From positions 1,798,001-1,862,000 of the forward strand of contig CM074814.1 in assembly GCA_037447605.1 (NCBI GenBank): a stretch of 64,000 nucleotides of DNA, read 5' to 3'. Shown here one piece after another: positions 8,083 to 19,379 of this stretch. A program made the translations under genes and the position numbers. This stretch comes from Zygnema circumcarinatum SAG 698-1b. Lineage: Eukaryota > Plantae > Zygnematophyceae. The notes beneath the pieces were generated by a model. It searched no databases. It saw only the letters and a list, made by a program, of their open reading frames with translations, and was not told where the DNA came from. How positions within the stretch are numbered: the first letter of the stretch is position 1; every line of letters starts with the position of its first letter.

Positions 8083-9282
8083 CTAACTGAAAAAGGTATA
8101 TTTTATTTCTAAATTCTGAAAAAATGGTTTGATGAAGTTCAAGTTCTCAGGCATTAGAGAACCACCACTCACAAGTGTGTATAGCTGTTTGATCCCTCCT
8201 GAAATAGCCACATCCACATATGCAGCGATGGGATTCCCCTTATCTCTTCCAGCAGCACACCGCACTTCCAGCCCTCCTGAAACCGCCGAACTCCGCCGCT
8301 TCTCGCCGCCCTGCGCTCTCACCTTCCGCAGAGAGTACACGCCTTTCACAGCCACCCTCCCTTCACCCCCTCCCCCCAGGCCTACCCCTCTCTGCTCGTC
8401 TCCCAGTCCCAAGGAGCTTCCAAAAGCGACCCCCAGAGGCCCTCTCCCTCCTGCAGGAAGGATGGGCTTCTTCAGCTCCGTGTCTCCTATAAGAAACTGC
8501 AACAGTCCTGTAAGCCGCGTCCTCCTCCAAGTGCGCTGAGCAGCCCATTGCTGCGCCTCGCTATTACCGCCGCCCTCCGCGCCCTTAACGTTTCCTGCTG
8601 CTCTTTGGGGCCATTGCTCAGCAGCTGTCTCCTCACATCCAGGGTGTCCGCTCTCACACAGCTGCTTCTTCAAGTCCTTCCTAGGGTTCACTTTCTTATT
8701 CACATATGCTCCACTTGCTGCTGCTGCCTCTCCAGCACCCTCTACGTCAGTTATTCCTTCTTCTCCCCCGAATGAAGCTTGTTCCTCCTCCGGGCTCACT
8801 GACTGCAGGTTCCGAGAGGCAGCCCGGGCGCCATTTGCACGGTTAAGAACGAGCAGCTCGCCAGGATTCATGCCCGCAGCTTTCCCCTTTGCCTCGTCTC
8901 TACCCGTCAGCATTTGCCCTAAACTGAGAGCTGCCGGCTCTTCCAGAGGCTCCGTATACTCCACAAGATGTCTACGAACGGCCATGGCGGCCTGGTACCT
9001 GCTCGAGCTGGAAAGCTCATCCTCCACCTTCCACTGCGCGGCATGGCGGGGCCTCTGGCGGAGAAGCATGGCGAAGGAGGAGAGCCAGTAGAGCACGAAG
9101 ACGGTCCAGCCCACTGCCCAGAGAGCACGCGAGCGGGACCGGGAAGGTGCAGCAGCGGCGCCCTTCTGCTTGTGGCGGCGAGGAGAGCGCGGAGAGCTCC
9201 GCGGGGGGGAGGTCGGAAATCCGCCATAGTACTCTGTCGCCCTCCGCACGTTGGAAGTGACACGTGTCGCCGTCGGAGACAT
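8083..9282 (-). CDS. Large first exon of an uncharacterised type II membrane protein (short basic N-tail, one TM helix, long acidic/low-complexity stem); further exons probable in 7300-8030
   Basis: The ATG at 9282 (MSPTATRV...) lies in the 571-aa ORF, with TM segment ALWAVGWTVFVLYWLSSFAMLL. There is a probable donor ctt|gtgagt near the ORF end and a GC-rich promoter with G-box and CCAAT at 9440-9600. Catalytic family not recognised. Confidence 0.55.
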   Translation of the reverse strand: MSPTATRVTSNVRRATEYYGGFPTSPPRSSPRSPRRHKQKGAAAAPSRSRSRALWAVGWTVFVLYWLSSFAMLLRQRPRHAAQWKVEDELSSSSRYQAAMAVRRHLVEYTEPLEEPAALSLGQMLTGRDEAKGKAAGMNPGELLVLNRANGARAASRNLQSVSPEEEQASFGGEEGITDVEGAGEAAAASGAYVNKKVNPRKDLKKQLCESGHPGCEETAAEQWPQRAAGNVKGAEGGGNSEAQQWAAQRTWRRTRLTGLLQFLIGDTELKKPILPAGGRGPLGVAFGSSLGLGDEQRGVGLGGGGEGRVAVKGVYSLRKVRAQGGEKRRSSAVSGGLEVRCAAGRDKGNPIAAYVDVAISGGIKQLYTLVSGGSLMPENLNFIKPFFQNLEIKYTFFS

Positions 9283-10081
9283 GGCGGCGAGAGGAGAGGG
9301 ACAGGCGGGAAAACTGATGAGGGCGGGGAAGGGGTGGCAGCGGGAGGGAGAGGGAGGGGGGGAGAGGGAGTGGGAGGGAGGGAGGGAGGGAGCGCGTGGG
9401 GTCGTGTCGCGCTTTTGGGCAGCTCGTCGGGAGGGAACGGCTAGCGCCCGCGGGGGGCGCTGACATGGCGGGCGGGCGGCCTCAACGGTCCTTCCACGTG
9501 GCCCAATGGGCGGGAGCGGTCGCGCGCGCGAGCCCGCGGGGGCCCTCGTGGCGCGCGCCCGCGGGCCCTGTGCGGTCGGGCTCGCGCGCCCTCGATCCGC
9601 TACGGGACAAATTGACGTGGATGGAGATCGTACGGAGATTGTCTCCTTGCTGGCACTTGCTGTACGGTCAGGCCGGACAAATATCCCGATGTTTGGACAA
9701 AGGAATGTGCATGGAGCACGACATGGACTGTAGCAGAACATTAGATCTATGTTGCACGGAGCGTGATAGTGGATTGGGACTGTGTTGTTGCGTGCCAAGT
9801 CCTAGCGTGGTCACGCGCCCGAGTCCCGACAAAGCCGGCCGTACGCTTCCCCGCCCTGTGCTGTGCCGTCCCGCCAGCTCGGCTCCACGGGCGCGCCACC
9901 CTCATGGTGTACGTGTGGCGCGCTATGACTGGCCAATTGAGTGAGGCGCGCACCTCGAGGGAGCCGCGTGGCCGGAGGGGTCGCCGCCACGTCGTGCCAC
10001 CCGGCAGACGGCGAGCGGCGGCGAGCGGCGGACCGCCTTTGCTCTTGTTGGGCGGACTGCGAGCCAATGAGCGAGCTGCTT

Positions 10082-12215
10082 GCGGGCGGGCACGTTTGTC
10101 GTTTTTGTTTCAGCCGGCCGGCCGGAGGCAAAGTGGTCGGCGCCGGCCGGCCTGCCGACGGCGTGGCCGCGGGAGGCCGGCCGTACGCATCGCGCCGCTC
10201 GACTCATGCCCATGCCCATGCCTGTGCCCATTGGCCGTGGGCCTATGAGGTAAAGGGCGGCGGGTGGAGTTTACTGGTACAGTATGGTCGGCAATCTTCG
10301 AATCGACGGTGGGGAGGGCATGTAGCGGTAGGCCTTGAGAGCCCCCAACCCTCCAGCAGGACCAATAAGATCTGATATCAATGTAGCGCGGGGACTCATC
10401 TATACCTGCGCTACATTTGGTATCAGAGCCTGTGAGAGGGGCAGAGGGATGAGAAGCAAATTCACCTTCCACCCTTTCTCCCTCTTCACTGTCCATGGAA
10501 ACTTCCCTCCTGGTGCCCGCAGCACTCTCACTCATTTTTCACTCACGTGCATACACAACACACGAGAGGCGGAATAGAAAAACGTAGGAGAAAGCTCCCA
10601 GCCTAAAACTCCTTTATGATGACAAGCTTTCCAACTCAAGCCCCCATAAGCCTAGTCAAGCTTTCACCACATGATCACTTCACCTTCACGTGAGGCAGCT
10701 CTCCACACACGGAGACTCCTCACAAAGGTCCACCTCCTGTTGCCAAAGCCATGCCTTCAAACTGCCATAGCCTTGCAATGCATATCAAGAAGGTTTCTAA
10801 CTTACACACCCACTCTCACTATATAGTATGGGGCTGTGACGTGACCATGTCACGTCACACGCGCCGGGACCATGCATGCAACAACCTTATTCAAACAACC
10901 TAAATAAACTACTTCGTGTCTTGCTATGCATAGTACACCCAGCCTGGCAACGTACCAACACCACCGCTCTAACCCAGATGGCCATGTACTCTACCGCCGA
11001 GCTGAACTTCCCGCCGTCACCCACAAGGACTATCTTCCGTACGCAAAGTAGGCTCCGCCGACTCCACCGACTTCGCCGCCTTTTGCCGCCGCATCAGTCC
11101 ACGATTCCGTACGCCAGGACCGATTCCTCGGCGCGGTACCAAATGTCGGACTCCTGGCCGTACGGTCCATACGAACCGTATTATCCGTACGGTTGCGCGG
11201 TCGGTCTCGCCGCCGCGCGCACGCTGAAGTAAGTCCGTCCCCATACATGTCACACCTAGAAGCACACCCCTAGGAACTAAGCGCCAACACAAACATGCTA
11301 ATCTAAACTAACTATGTACACTAACAGAGCCTGCCTTAAAAACCTGCCCCTTGCAGGACTTGTACCCACAGTCTCTTACATTCTTAGTAGACGTTTCAAC
11401 CAACAAGCCACAACGACGCATAGTAACATGGTCGATCTATATTTTCTTTATTACGTTAAGTCATGCATGTTGCAGGTGTTGTGTTGCGTGAGCAAGGTCG
11501 ACTCAGTGAATGGGTGAAGCGTTCCGCACTTCGTGGCCTAACCCCTTTCTTCTTCTCCCACCTTTTGGGCCAATGCCAGTTCACATATTTCAGATCGATT
11601 GAAGTTTAGTGAGGAGGGGGTTCAGCTTGTTTGAGTTCGTGGCAAATGTTATTCAAGAGTTCATATTTTGTGAATTTTAGTGTTTGAATAGTAAGGTTTG
11701 GGATAAAAGGTTTTAGAATTGGAGGGTTTCCGTTTTTCAGATTTTGAGGACTTGAGGGTTCCAAGGTACAAGTTTCTCAGCACGTGAGGCTTCCATAACG
11801 TTCACATGGAGTCGTTAGGGGTTTGACGATGCTAGGGGTTGTCAGGGTTTAGAGATTTCAAGATTGTAGCAGTCATGTCCATCAGATTGTTTTTCTTATT
11901 TAAATTTGAAAAGAAATTTCTATACCGCTGCGCATGCACAACAACAAACACAACAAGTCCTACACCATTCAACTCCGATGTTTGTATGCTTTCATCCTGC
12001 CGCCACTGTTGCACCACAACTTCTGGAACGGAACTACAACTGCGAAACTAGACTGGAACTGCGAGTGAAACTGTAACTACAGTTGTAACTGCTCCGCGCG
12101 CATCCGTACAGCACATCGAACCTGCCTCTCCCGCCGTCGGCACGCCGGTCGCCACCGACCACTTTGCGCCGGCAGTCCGCCAGTCAAGCAGAAAACGACA
12201 AAGTCGCCCGCCCGC
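10082..12215. repeat. Pair of diverged ~80-bp inverted repeats (10082-10163 and 12133-12215) in the divergent intergenic region
   Basis: Both read gccgtcggca.gccgg.cg.c.ccgaccactttgc...aaaacgacaaa..gcccgcccgc towards the neighbouring gene start. No TSD found. Confidence 0.7.
10321..10429 (+). mobile_element. Short LTR-like relic followed by a tRNA-iMet primer-binding site
   Basis: tgtagcg...cgctaca (10321-10415) is followed by tt and the canonical TGGTATCAGAGC (10418-10429). A purine tract ggtggggagggca lies immediately upstream. No matching second LTR seen. Confidence 0.45.
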
Positions 12216-12367
12216 TGTACGGTACCCGCTTTACAGCCGGGCGACGTCATCCGGTTTAACCACGTGGTCTCCGCCAATGAGCACGTTGCTTTCCAGCGCG
12301 ACGCGCCAGCGTGGCACCGCCCCCGCGCAGCGCTGGCAGCCAGCGGGCAGCCTCCGCCGCCGGGCAC

Positions 12368-12373
12368 TATAAA
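12368..12373 (+). promoter_or_regulatory. TATA box of the B12D gene
   Basis: ctataaaggg lies about 150 nt upstream of the ATG at 12517, preceded by G-box ccacgtgg and ccaat. Confidence 0.6.
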
Positions 12374-12516
12374 GGGGCCGCGAGGGGCTGCGAGCTGCAG
12401 GAATTAATTCTCGCCCTCTCCTCTCCTGCTCCCTCTCCCTCTCCCGCCCGCCCTTCACGCACTCGCTCGCTCGCTCGCACGCCTCCCTACCTCGTCTGCG
12501 TTTCTTCGGACCCGCC

Positions 12517-12903
12517 ATGGCGCCTACTGCTGCTGCTGTTGCCAGATGGGTGAAGCCCGAAGTGTACCCGCTCGTGGGGATGATGTCCATGGCGCTCGGC
12601 TTCATGGCGTACACGTCCGTGCGCTCACTCACCTCCGCTCCCGACGTCTTGTAAGGACAACTTTCCCTCTCGTATTTCTGATTCTGCTGGCGCCTCCCTG
12701 CAAGCTCTGGTCCGCCCCAGCTACCCTCTCTTTTTCTGAGTTGTGCCTGCACGTGGCGCAGTGTGACGAAGGCGCGGCGGCAGGAGGGCGGGCCGGCCTG
12801 CACTGAAGTGGAGGGCCGCGTGTACCGCCACAGCCCTTTGCGGGAGTTTGTCAGGGTGCGCTCTCCTTTCCCTCGAAAATTCAACCCTAAAAGCCTACAT
12901 TGA
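12517..12903 (+). CDS. B12D: B12D / NDUFA4-like small membrane protein (exons 12517-12650 and 12762-12903; an alternative third exon near 12989 is possible)
   Basis: Spliced translation MAPTAAAVARWVKPEVYPLVGMMSMALGFMAYTSVRSLTSAPDVF|VTKARR...EGRVYRHSPLREFVR matches the B12D signature RWxxPEVYPL...P(D/E)V..TK...R.FVR. GT-AG intron in the correct phase. Confidence 0.85.
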
Positions 12904-14415
12904 CATTCTTGCAGCGCGCCTCTCTCTCTCTCTCTCCCCCCCCGTCTCTCTCTCACTCATTGTTACATAAGTTTTTTCCTCCTGCAGAGTTTTTACGACA
13001 TCAGGTCAACATCGAATCCGTTGACTCCGGCTGGTAAACATTGATCGCTCTATTCTTCCCCAGTTTAGATTTTGCGAGCCTTGTATAAGCTCTCGGCTCG
13101 GTTCGCACCGTGTGCTGAAGGCGAAGTCAGCCATGGCAGGATGAGGGCCCTCTGTCACGTCTCTCAATCAGGAGGCGAGTGTGCTGCTAAGCACCGCTAG
13201 GGCCTTAGAAAAGAAGGCCACCCGCAATCTCATTGAAGGTGATATGCGATGGAGACTAAGATGTTATTGGGTAAAGTTGGCTGTAGCTCATGTACCACAC
13301 GTAAATTTTTTAGGCAGATATGAAGATGATCGCGAAGCTTCCGGCGCTTTTGCGGGTATAAGGTGGTCAGGTAGCAGTGCAGTGCAGGCTTCCTCGCCAC
13401 CAAACATGTACATTACACGTTGTTTTATTTATTGACACCAGTTTGTTCTTCACCACCATTGATTTCAGTTTGGTGTTTTCTGGTTTGAAAATTACATGGA
13501 AGTACAGAATTCGCATTTGGATGACCCGGTGTTAAACTCTCGCCGATGCAAACTTTTGTTTCAAAATAAATGCTTGGCCGTGCAGGGCGACTTTCCAAAT
13601 CGCAAATGGAAAATGTCAAACAGCCATGTTTTAAACTTAGCTTTCACGTCATTATCCGTAGTGCACTTTCTGCAGTAAAATGACGAATCACTTTCTGCGG
13701 CCTTCTTTTTCTTGGACTGATTGGGACTCCATAATGGGGGGTCACACAGCAAGCGGACGAGCATTCCAGGGACTCCAACCGTGCACAGCTTTAGCTTTCC
13801 CTGCGCGCTCCCCTCCCCCTCTTCAGGTTTAACTGATGCTGATGATTTGATTTTATTTTATGTGATTTACAATGTTCTCCTACCGTCGTAGAAACCTCTC
13901 GTTTTTAACGGTAGAATACCCCTGACGTAAAGCTGAAAGAAGCTGAATGAATATACTAAGAAGACAACCACGAAAAGAAAACATGCAAGTGGATCGTTTG
14001 TGCTGAACGAGGACGACAGGAAATTTGGAGGGAGAAGAAAGGCAGAGACTACGGTACGAGGAAGAGCCTGGCGGAACTAAAGGGGGGGGGGGGCAGGAAG
14101 CATGATCGGAGAGTAGTTCACCCCACACTTGGTCACACTTGGCGGGGCACCGACTCCCTCGAACCGTACATGGACGGAGGCAACAATGGGAATGTGAACA
14201 TAGGAATGAAAATTCTTTTTTCTTCCGTCAGTTTTGCGACCGGTTGGTTCCTCGTGGTTCCCCATGTTGCTCTTGTCCATGTAGCGCGCCACGTTTGAAC
14301 GGTTCCAACGGTCGACTCGCGACCCGCGTGGCGCGGGATTCAAATTTTCGCCTGCCACCGCCCACGGAGGGAGGCGGGGTGGTAGGCGGAGAGCCTTGGA
14401 AGGCGATGGCAGGCC

Positions 14416-14732
14416 ATGGCGTCCTTCCGTGAACTCAGTGGAAGGCTCCTCGCGGATGCGCGTTTTGGCTGTGAAAAGCGAGTTAGGGATGAGCAAATTA
14501 CGATGGATTCGGTTGGAAGACTGAAGCTCGAGTCGAAGGTTTTCCGAACGAAGGGGTAAATAGACAGAGGACGAGATTGGAACACCTTGAAGACGAGCGC
14601 GCAGAGATGTCTACTTCCCTTGAAGGCAAACAATCGTAGCTGAAGCTGCTGCAAGAGAAGCTGTTCGATGTAAAGCTTAAGCTACTCTGTGAAAAGGAAA
14701 ATGTCCCATTGCTGGGTCTTGAAAAAGAATGA
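14416..14732 (+). pseudogene. Decayed coiled-coil coding fragment
   Basis: MASFRELSGRLLADARF... and RTRLEHLEDERAEMSTSLEGKQS*LKLLQEKLFDVKLKLL... show heptad-like composition broken by stops and a frame change. Confidence 0.3.
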
Positions 14733-15271
14733 GGCTTTTCAGACGGAGGACATCGAGATTCGTAGGCCATGTAACGAGGCACGCAGCAGAGACGAAGGAA
14801 TCGACTGTAAACATTTGCAAGAGGCGAGGTGAGCCACTGCACCAGCCGCCTCGCTAAAGTAAACATTGAAAAACCTGAGATATGGCACACACTGGCTGTT
14901 GAACAACATTGCAAAAGCAACAGAAATAACGTCCCATGATGCCGAAAAACCATATTACGAAACAGACGGAACAAGCCAAAACAGGAGCCGAGAGATGTGC
15001 CTCAGTGCTTAAAAGAACACTTTCTCCACAACAAAATGAGGAAAAAGATGAAAAGGCGGTTGAGACATGCATGCTGAGTTTCCCATTCCCCTCCCACTGC
15101 CTGCCCGCTCGTCGTCAGTTGCTACATGCCACGATTGCAAGACAGGCCGCGTTTTCCGTTTCCGTTGCCGTTGCCGTTCCTGTCGACGGCGCGCATGAAC
15201 TCAGAATCGGGACAGTAAAGCGCAGTCTGAGGAAGGGTTGGGTCCAATTGGCAGGCCGCAGTACAGAGCCC

Positions 15272-18200
15272 TTATGAGCCCCGGGAATCTTCAAGCTTTC
15301 CGAATCTGAATGGCGGTTGGCCAATGGTCGTGAAAGGGACTAAGCCCATAATACGTGCAGTACGAATCTTTCGGCTGACTTTACGTTGTGCTTTTGCACT
15401 TAATTTCGTCTGTCATACCGAATTCCCAATCCAGAACATTTGCGTCACATTAGTCTGATGACACTCTCCAGCATCAAGACATGAAATTGAACCTCTTGAG
15501 GAATCGCAGAAAGATAAAGGGGAGGTCCGAGAATGATGCAGGAAGACAGAGAATAAAAAACTTTATGGCAGGTGGTGTACTAGGGACAAGTAAGAGTAGC
15601 TCGATTTATATACAATGGAGGGAAACCATGGCGAGTGAGAGGAGAAAGATGTGATTGGAGACTTCTGAAGATTTGAAGAAGAATAAGAAGCTAGATGGCA
15701 ATGGACAACAGCCAAACTGGGTGAATCAAACTCGTGCTTGATCTGAATTGAAGTTGATGCTGTTGATGGACAGCTATCAGACCATTTAAACAGAGCAAAC
15801 GAAAAGTAAACTAAAAACCATAAGTGATTTGAAGCTTACCTTTGTGCGAGACATTATCTTGGACGTTTCTGTCGTGAATTGCAAAAGAAACCGCGGATTC
15901 TGCGAAGTGCACCAAAATGGGCATGAACAAGTATGAGCACCTTCACACCACCTGCATGAGGGCTAGCAAACAGAAGCCAACAAAAAGAAGGGCGAGCAAG
16001 AGCAACACAATACTCACCCTAAAGTCTGCTTTATCCAGCGCGTCTTTGGTTGTGAACGTGAGTCGAGAACGCGGCGGCACTGCGTCATACTCCATTGGCG
16101 GAGGAGTACTGGAAAGGTCCAATTCCTGAAACACAATTCCAATCGTTTCTAAGGTTGGTCCTTGTTCAACAGGCAAAATAAAGGTCCAAAACTGGACAGT
16201 CAAGAGCGCAGTCCAACGAACAACCATCGAAGCTCATGAAGTCTGCGAGCTTGTCGCAATGCAGTTTTTACAGCAACATTGAAGGTTCCCTTTGCAGTTA
16301 AATCTTCTTCAGAGTCAGTAGGCAACTCACATCCATCTCATAAGTCTGCCCAGGGTAGTAAAGCCGATCATTGCGAAAGCGATATGGCCGCTCCAAGTCT
16401 TCCAGATCGTATTCCTCAATTGCAGCCAATGCCGCATCACTGAGGACCCCTTCCTCCTTGAGACCATCCAACTCCGACTGATTCGCAGGTGAACCCCTCT
16501 CACCTTCCTCCCACATGCTGAAGTCTTTGCCTCTGATGGGCCGTGGCTTTACCGCCTTCCAATCATCAGGGTCTCCCTCTGCTTTCTCCAAAAGCTCCAC
16601 CAGTTCATCTCGTTCTTCGACGTCTTCAATTGCAAAAGAGTCTTCAAACAATTCAGTATCTTGTCCTTTGTCTCGCGCATTCCACAAAGTCCTCGCCATC
16701 TGCGCGTCTTCCTCATCGCCATCATCTGACACCTGTTGCACTGATGAGCAGCAAATCGTTCCCCATTAGCAAAAAGCAGGCAAACACTTGTTCGCTGTCA
16801 GAAAGAGCATGTTGTTTTGTATGTCTGCTCTTTGACTGGGTTAATGGAAGACCACTTCTCTTGCTTCCATAAGGCAAGTTCAGCTTGTGTAATTGCACGA
16901 GTTTAGAGAAAGTAAACGTTAATCGTTTACATATCCCCTTCGGACTTTCCATACCTTTCTAACATTGCTATCTCATGCCCTGGCCCATGACCTGAATTAC
17001 ATGAATTTGCCAAAAAAAAATCAAAAGAAGAAGTTTGATTCCAATTCACTGGATAGGTCATTGGTTTATCTGGCAATTTGCCTATAGAAAAAGAAGTGTC
17101 AAAACAGGTTGGAATACAACAGAAGGACCCGAAACAAACTGACGCATTTCAGAGTAACCAAACCAAAGGATACTCCTAGTCCATTACTTCATCATCGCCA
17201 ACTCAAAAAAATGGGACTGCTAACTTGAACATGGCCCTTGTCTACAATGCGAAGTTTCCAGCAAAAGCGCGAACCAGTTGGATGAACGCTTTGCAAAAAA
17301 GATGTCTTTTTGGATTGTGTAAATCATATAATTGAAAGCACCGCATTTTCGCGAAGGTAAGAAAACGCATGTGCTTATTCATGTATCGGTACCAAAACCT
17401 AGTTTGACGGGTATCTCTCCGAAAACAAAAATGAAAACTGACATTCTAGTGTAGGATAAGAAGACAAAAGAAGAAAGAGCTATATGTACAGATTTGACTC
17501 AAACAAGAGTGCCAAGCATAACTAAAGAATATTAGTTTTCTATTGAAACTCCTGGTTCTGTCCAATCCTTTTCCCTGCTCAGCAGTCACTAATAGCTGTA
17601 TTGAAGGACAGCTGTCTCTTTTGTGAAGAAGCTCACCCGCAGAATCGCTGATGCTGCGCTGCACCTCAGCGTTTATCTCCTCGTCAGTGGGCTCGTCATT
17701 TCCAGCCTCCAAGGGTTTTGACTTCTCCGCTCCTGAAGGAAAAAAATGACCAGTAGTGTTCAGAAAGGGGCTTCTCACAGCAGCAAGCTTTATGAGGTCT
17801 TGGATTTCAGGGGAGGTAAACTTCAATGGAATACACTCGCATTCGGCTCGACATGAATAATCTAGGGGGTCTACATGGGTAAGCCTTGGCTTGAGATGAG
17901 CAGTGGAAATAGTACATGGCTTCAATACAGCACAGAGGGATATAGTTGCATTTGAGCTCAATCTGCACATGCTCTTTAATCTACCTTCACTAGAGATGCT
18001 TTGAAATCCATGCAGAATAACCGCTGCAACTTCCAACAACAGGTTTGGTTTCGAATTCCGCAAAGAATAGGAAGAAGTTAAGTAATGCAGTCCAGTTGCG
18101 GCTGAAGGATGAAGACCATTAAGTGTGATAATGCCAGTTACGTGTTCTTAAAACACGTAACTGGCGTTGTTCGTGTTCAAGTGGACAGTTGGCAAAGCTA

Positions 18201-19071
18201 ATCTCATTGCCTGCCAAGAGTGTCAGGAAGACATTGAAGGAGTGCAAAACAATGGGAAGCGCAGGTAACGAATAGTCTCCTGTCCACAAAGCCTGAATTA
18301 GCAGGCTTAAAAAATCCTTTTGGTGTTTCACAATGGAAATTAAGGCGACATTCGGTTGGAGAAAAAACATTGGACCACCGTATTTTTTCCCAAGCAACTG
18401 GCAGACCCAATGACTCTCTGGGCTAAATATTGTACCCCTCCTTATGTCAATGGAGTTAGGCGTCATGCTGCTCACCTAAGAAACGATTTGAGATCCAGGA
18501 GCCCCACTCCTGACGGAGACCCTTGTTCTCTGCGGTTCGTTCACCAGTCCCCAATTTTAGTGCGATACTTGGTATCTGTTGATTGGCATCAAGAATGCAT
18601 TTTTCCTCCACCAGTTGAACATTGACCAAACAGGCAGCACTCACTGATTCAAAATGATCATAATACACTTTGCATTTCCTACAATCATAGGCCTGGCCGA
18701 CTGCCACCATCGCAACTGCAGAGTGAGAAACAACTCAAGAGGGCCACTGGAAGGCTTTGCCGCATCTCACCGGAGCTATCTCCCTCCTTGCTCATATATG
18801 CGGCAGCACTGCTTCCAATGAACCGCTGTGCCCCAAAGCGCTGAGAATCGCAGTTTCCCTCATGCCTGCCCGCAGAAACACGCTCCTTGGCATTGCCAGA
18901 AGCTCTTTGCTTCCTCAAAATATTTCCTCCTGCAAGCGGTGCAGGGCTCCCACACTCAAGCGAAGAGCAAGCCTCATCCACACCCAGCCTGCCTTGCGTT
19001 GGCAACCCCGTCCTGCTGCGAGAGGCCCTCGCGATCCTCCCCACGAGGGCAGCGAGCTTGGCGGTCTGCAT
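15272..19071 (-). CDS. RPS18: Nuclear-encoded mitochondrial ribosomal protein S18 (bS18 family with long acidic N-terminal extension), multi-exon
   Basis: Exons give ...RLYYPGQTYE|ELDL...FTTKDALDKADFR|NPRFLLQFTTETSKIMSRTK|TKLSAKAQRKVSRKIRTARIMGLVPFTT... with the stop at 15272-15274. The N-terminus MQTAKLAALVGRIARASRSR at 19071 looks like a presequence; 5' exon assignment is less certain. Confidence 0.85.
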
Positions 19072-19379
19072 GCGTGCAAAAGATGGTGCAGCGGTTGCTG
19101 CAGTGCTTCTGCAACCTTCTTCTCTCTCACTGTCTGTCGGCACTTCCTCAAGGAGCAGCAAGCAGCAGGACTGCAGGAGGGGGCGCCCCAGGTGGAGCAG
19201 AAGTGGCGGACGGGCTCTCGGTATTCGAAGGCGTCTAGCGGAACGAAACGACGGCGCTTTCCTACTGCGAGGGAGAAGGGGGAAGAGGGAGAGAAGGGGA
19301 GGCGGTGTCTGGGAAGCTCGCTGCAGGAGGTCGGGAGCTGTCTCTGCAGCAGCAGAGGGGATGCTTTAGGCAGTGCAAA

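Noticed and set aside
9396-10535. Numerous long Arg/Pro/Gly-rich ORFs here and at 46700-48400 and 54600-56400
   Set aside because: Expected by chance in very GC-rich promoter DNA with few stop codons; no domain signal.
17870-18063. hAT transposase dimerisation-like peptide (PNLLLEVAAVIL...SISSEGR) in an RPS18 intron
   Set aside because: Similarity is too weak; the ERxFS motif is absent and there is no other transposase sequence.
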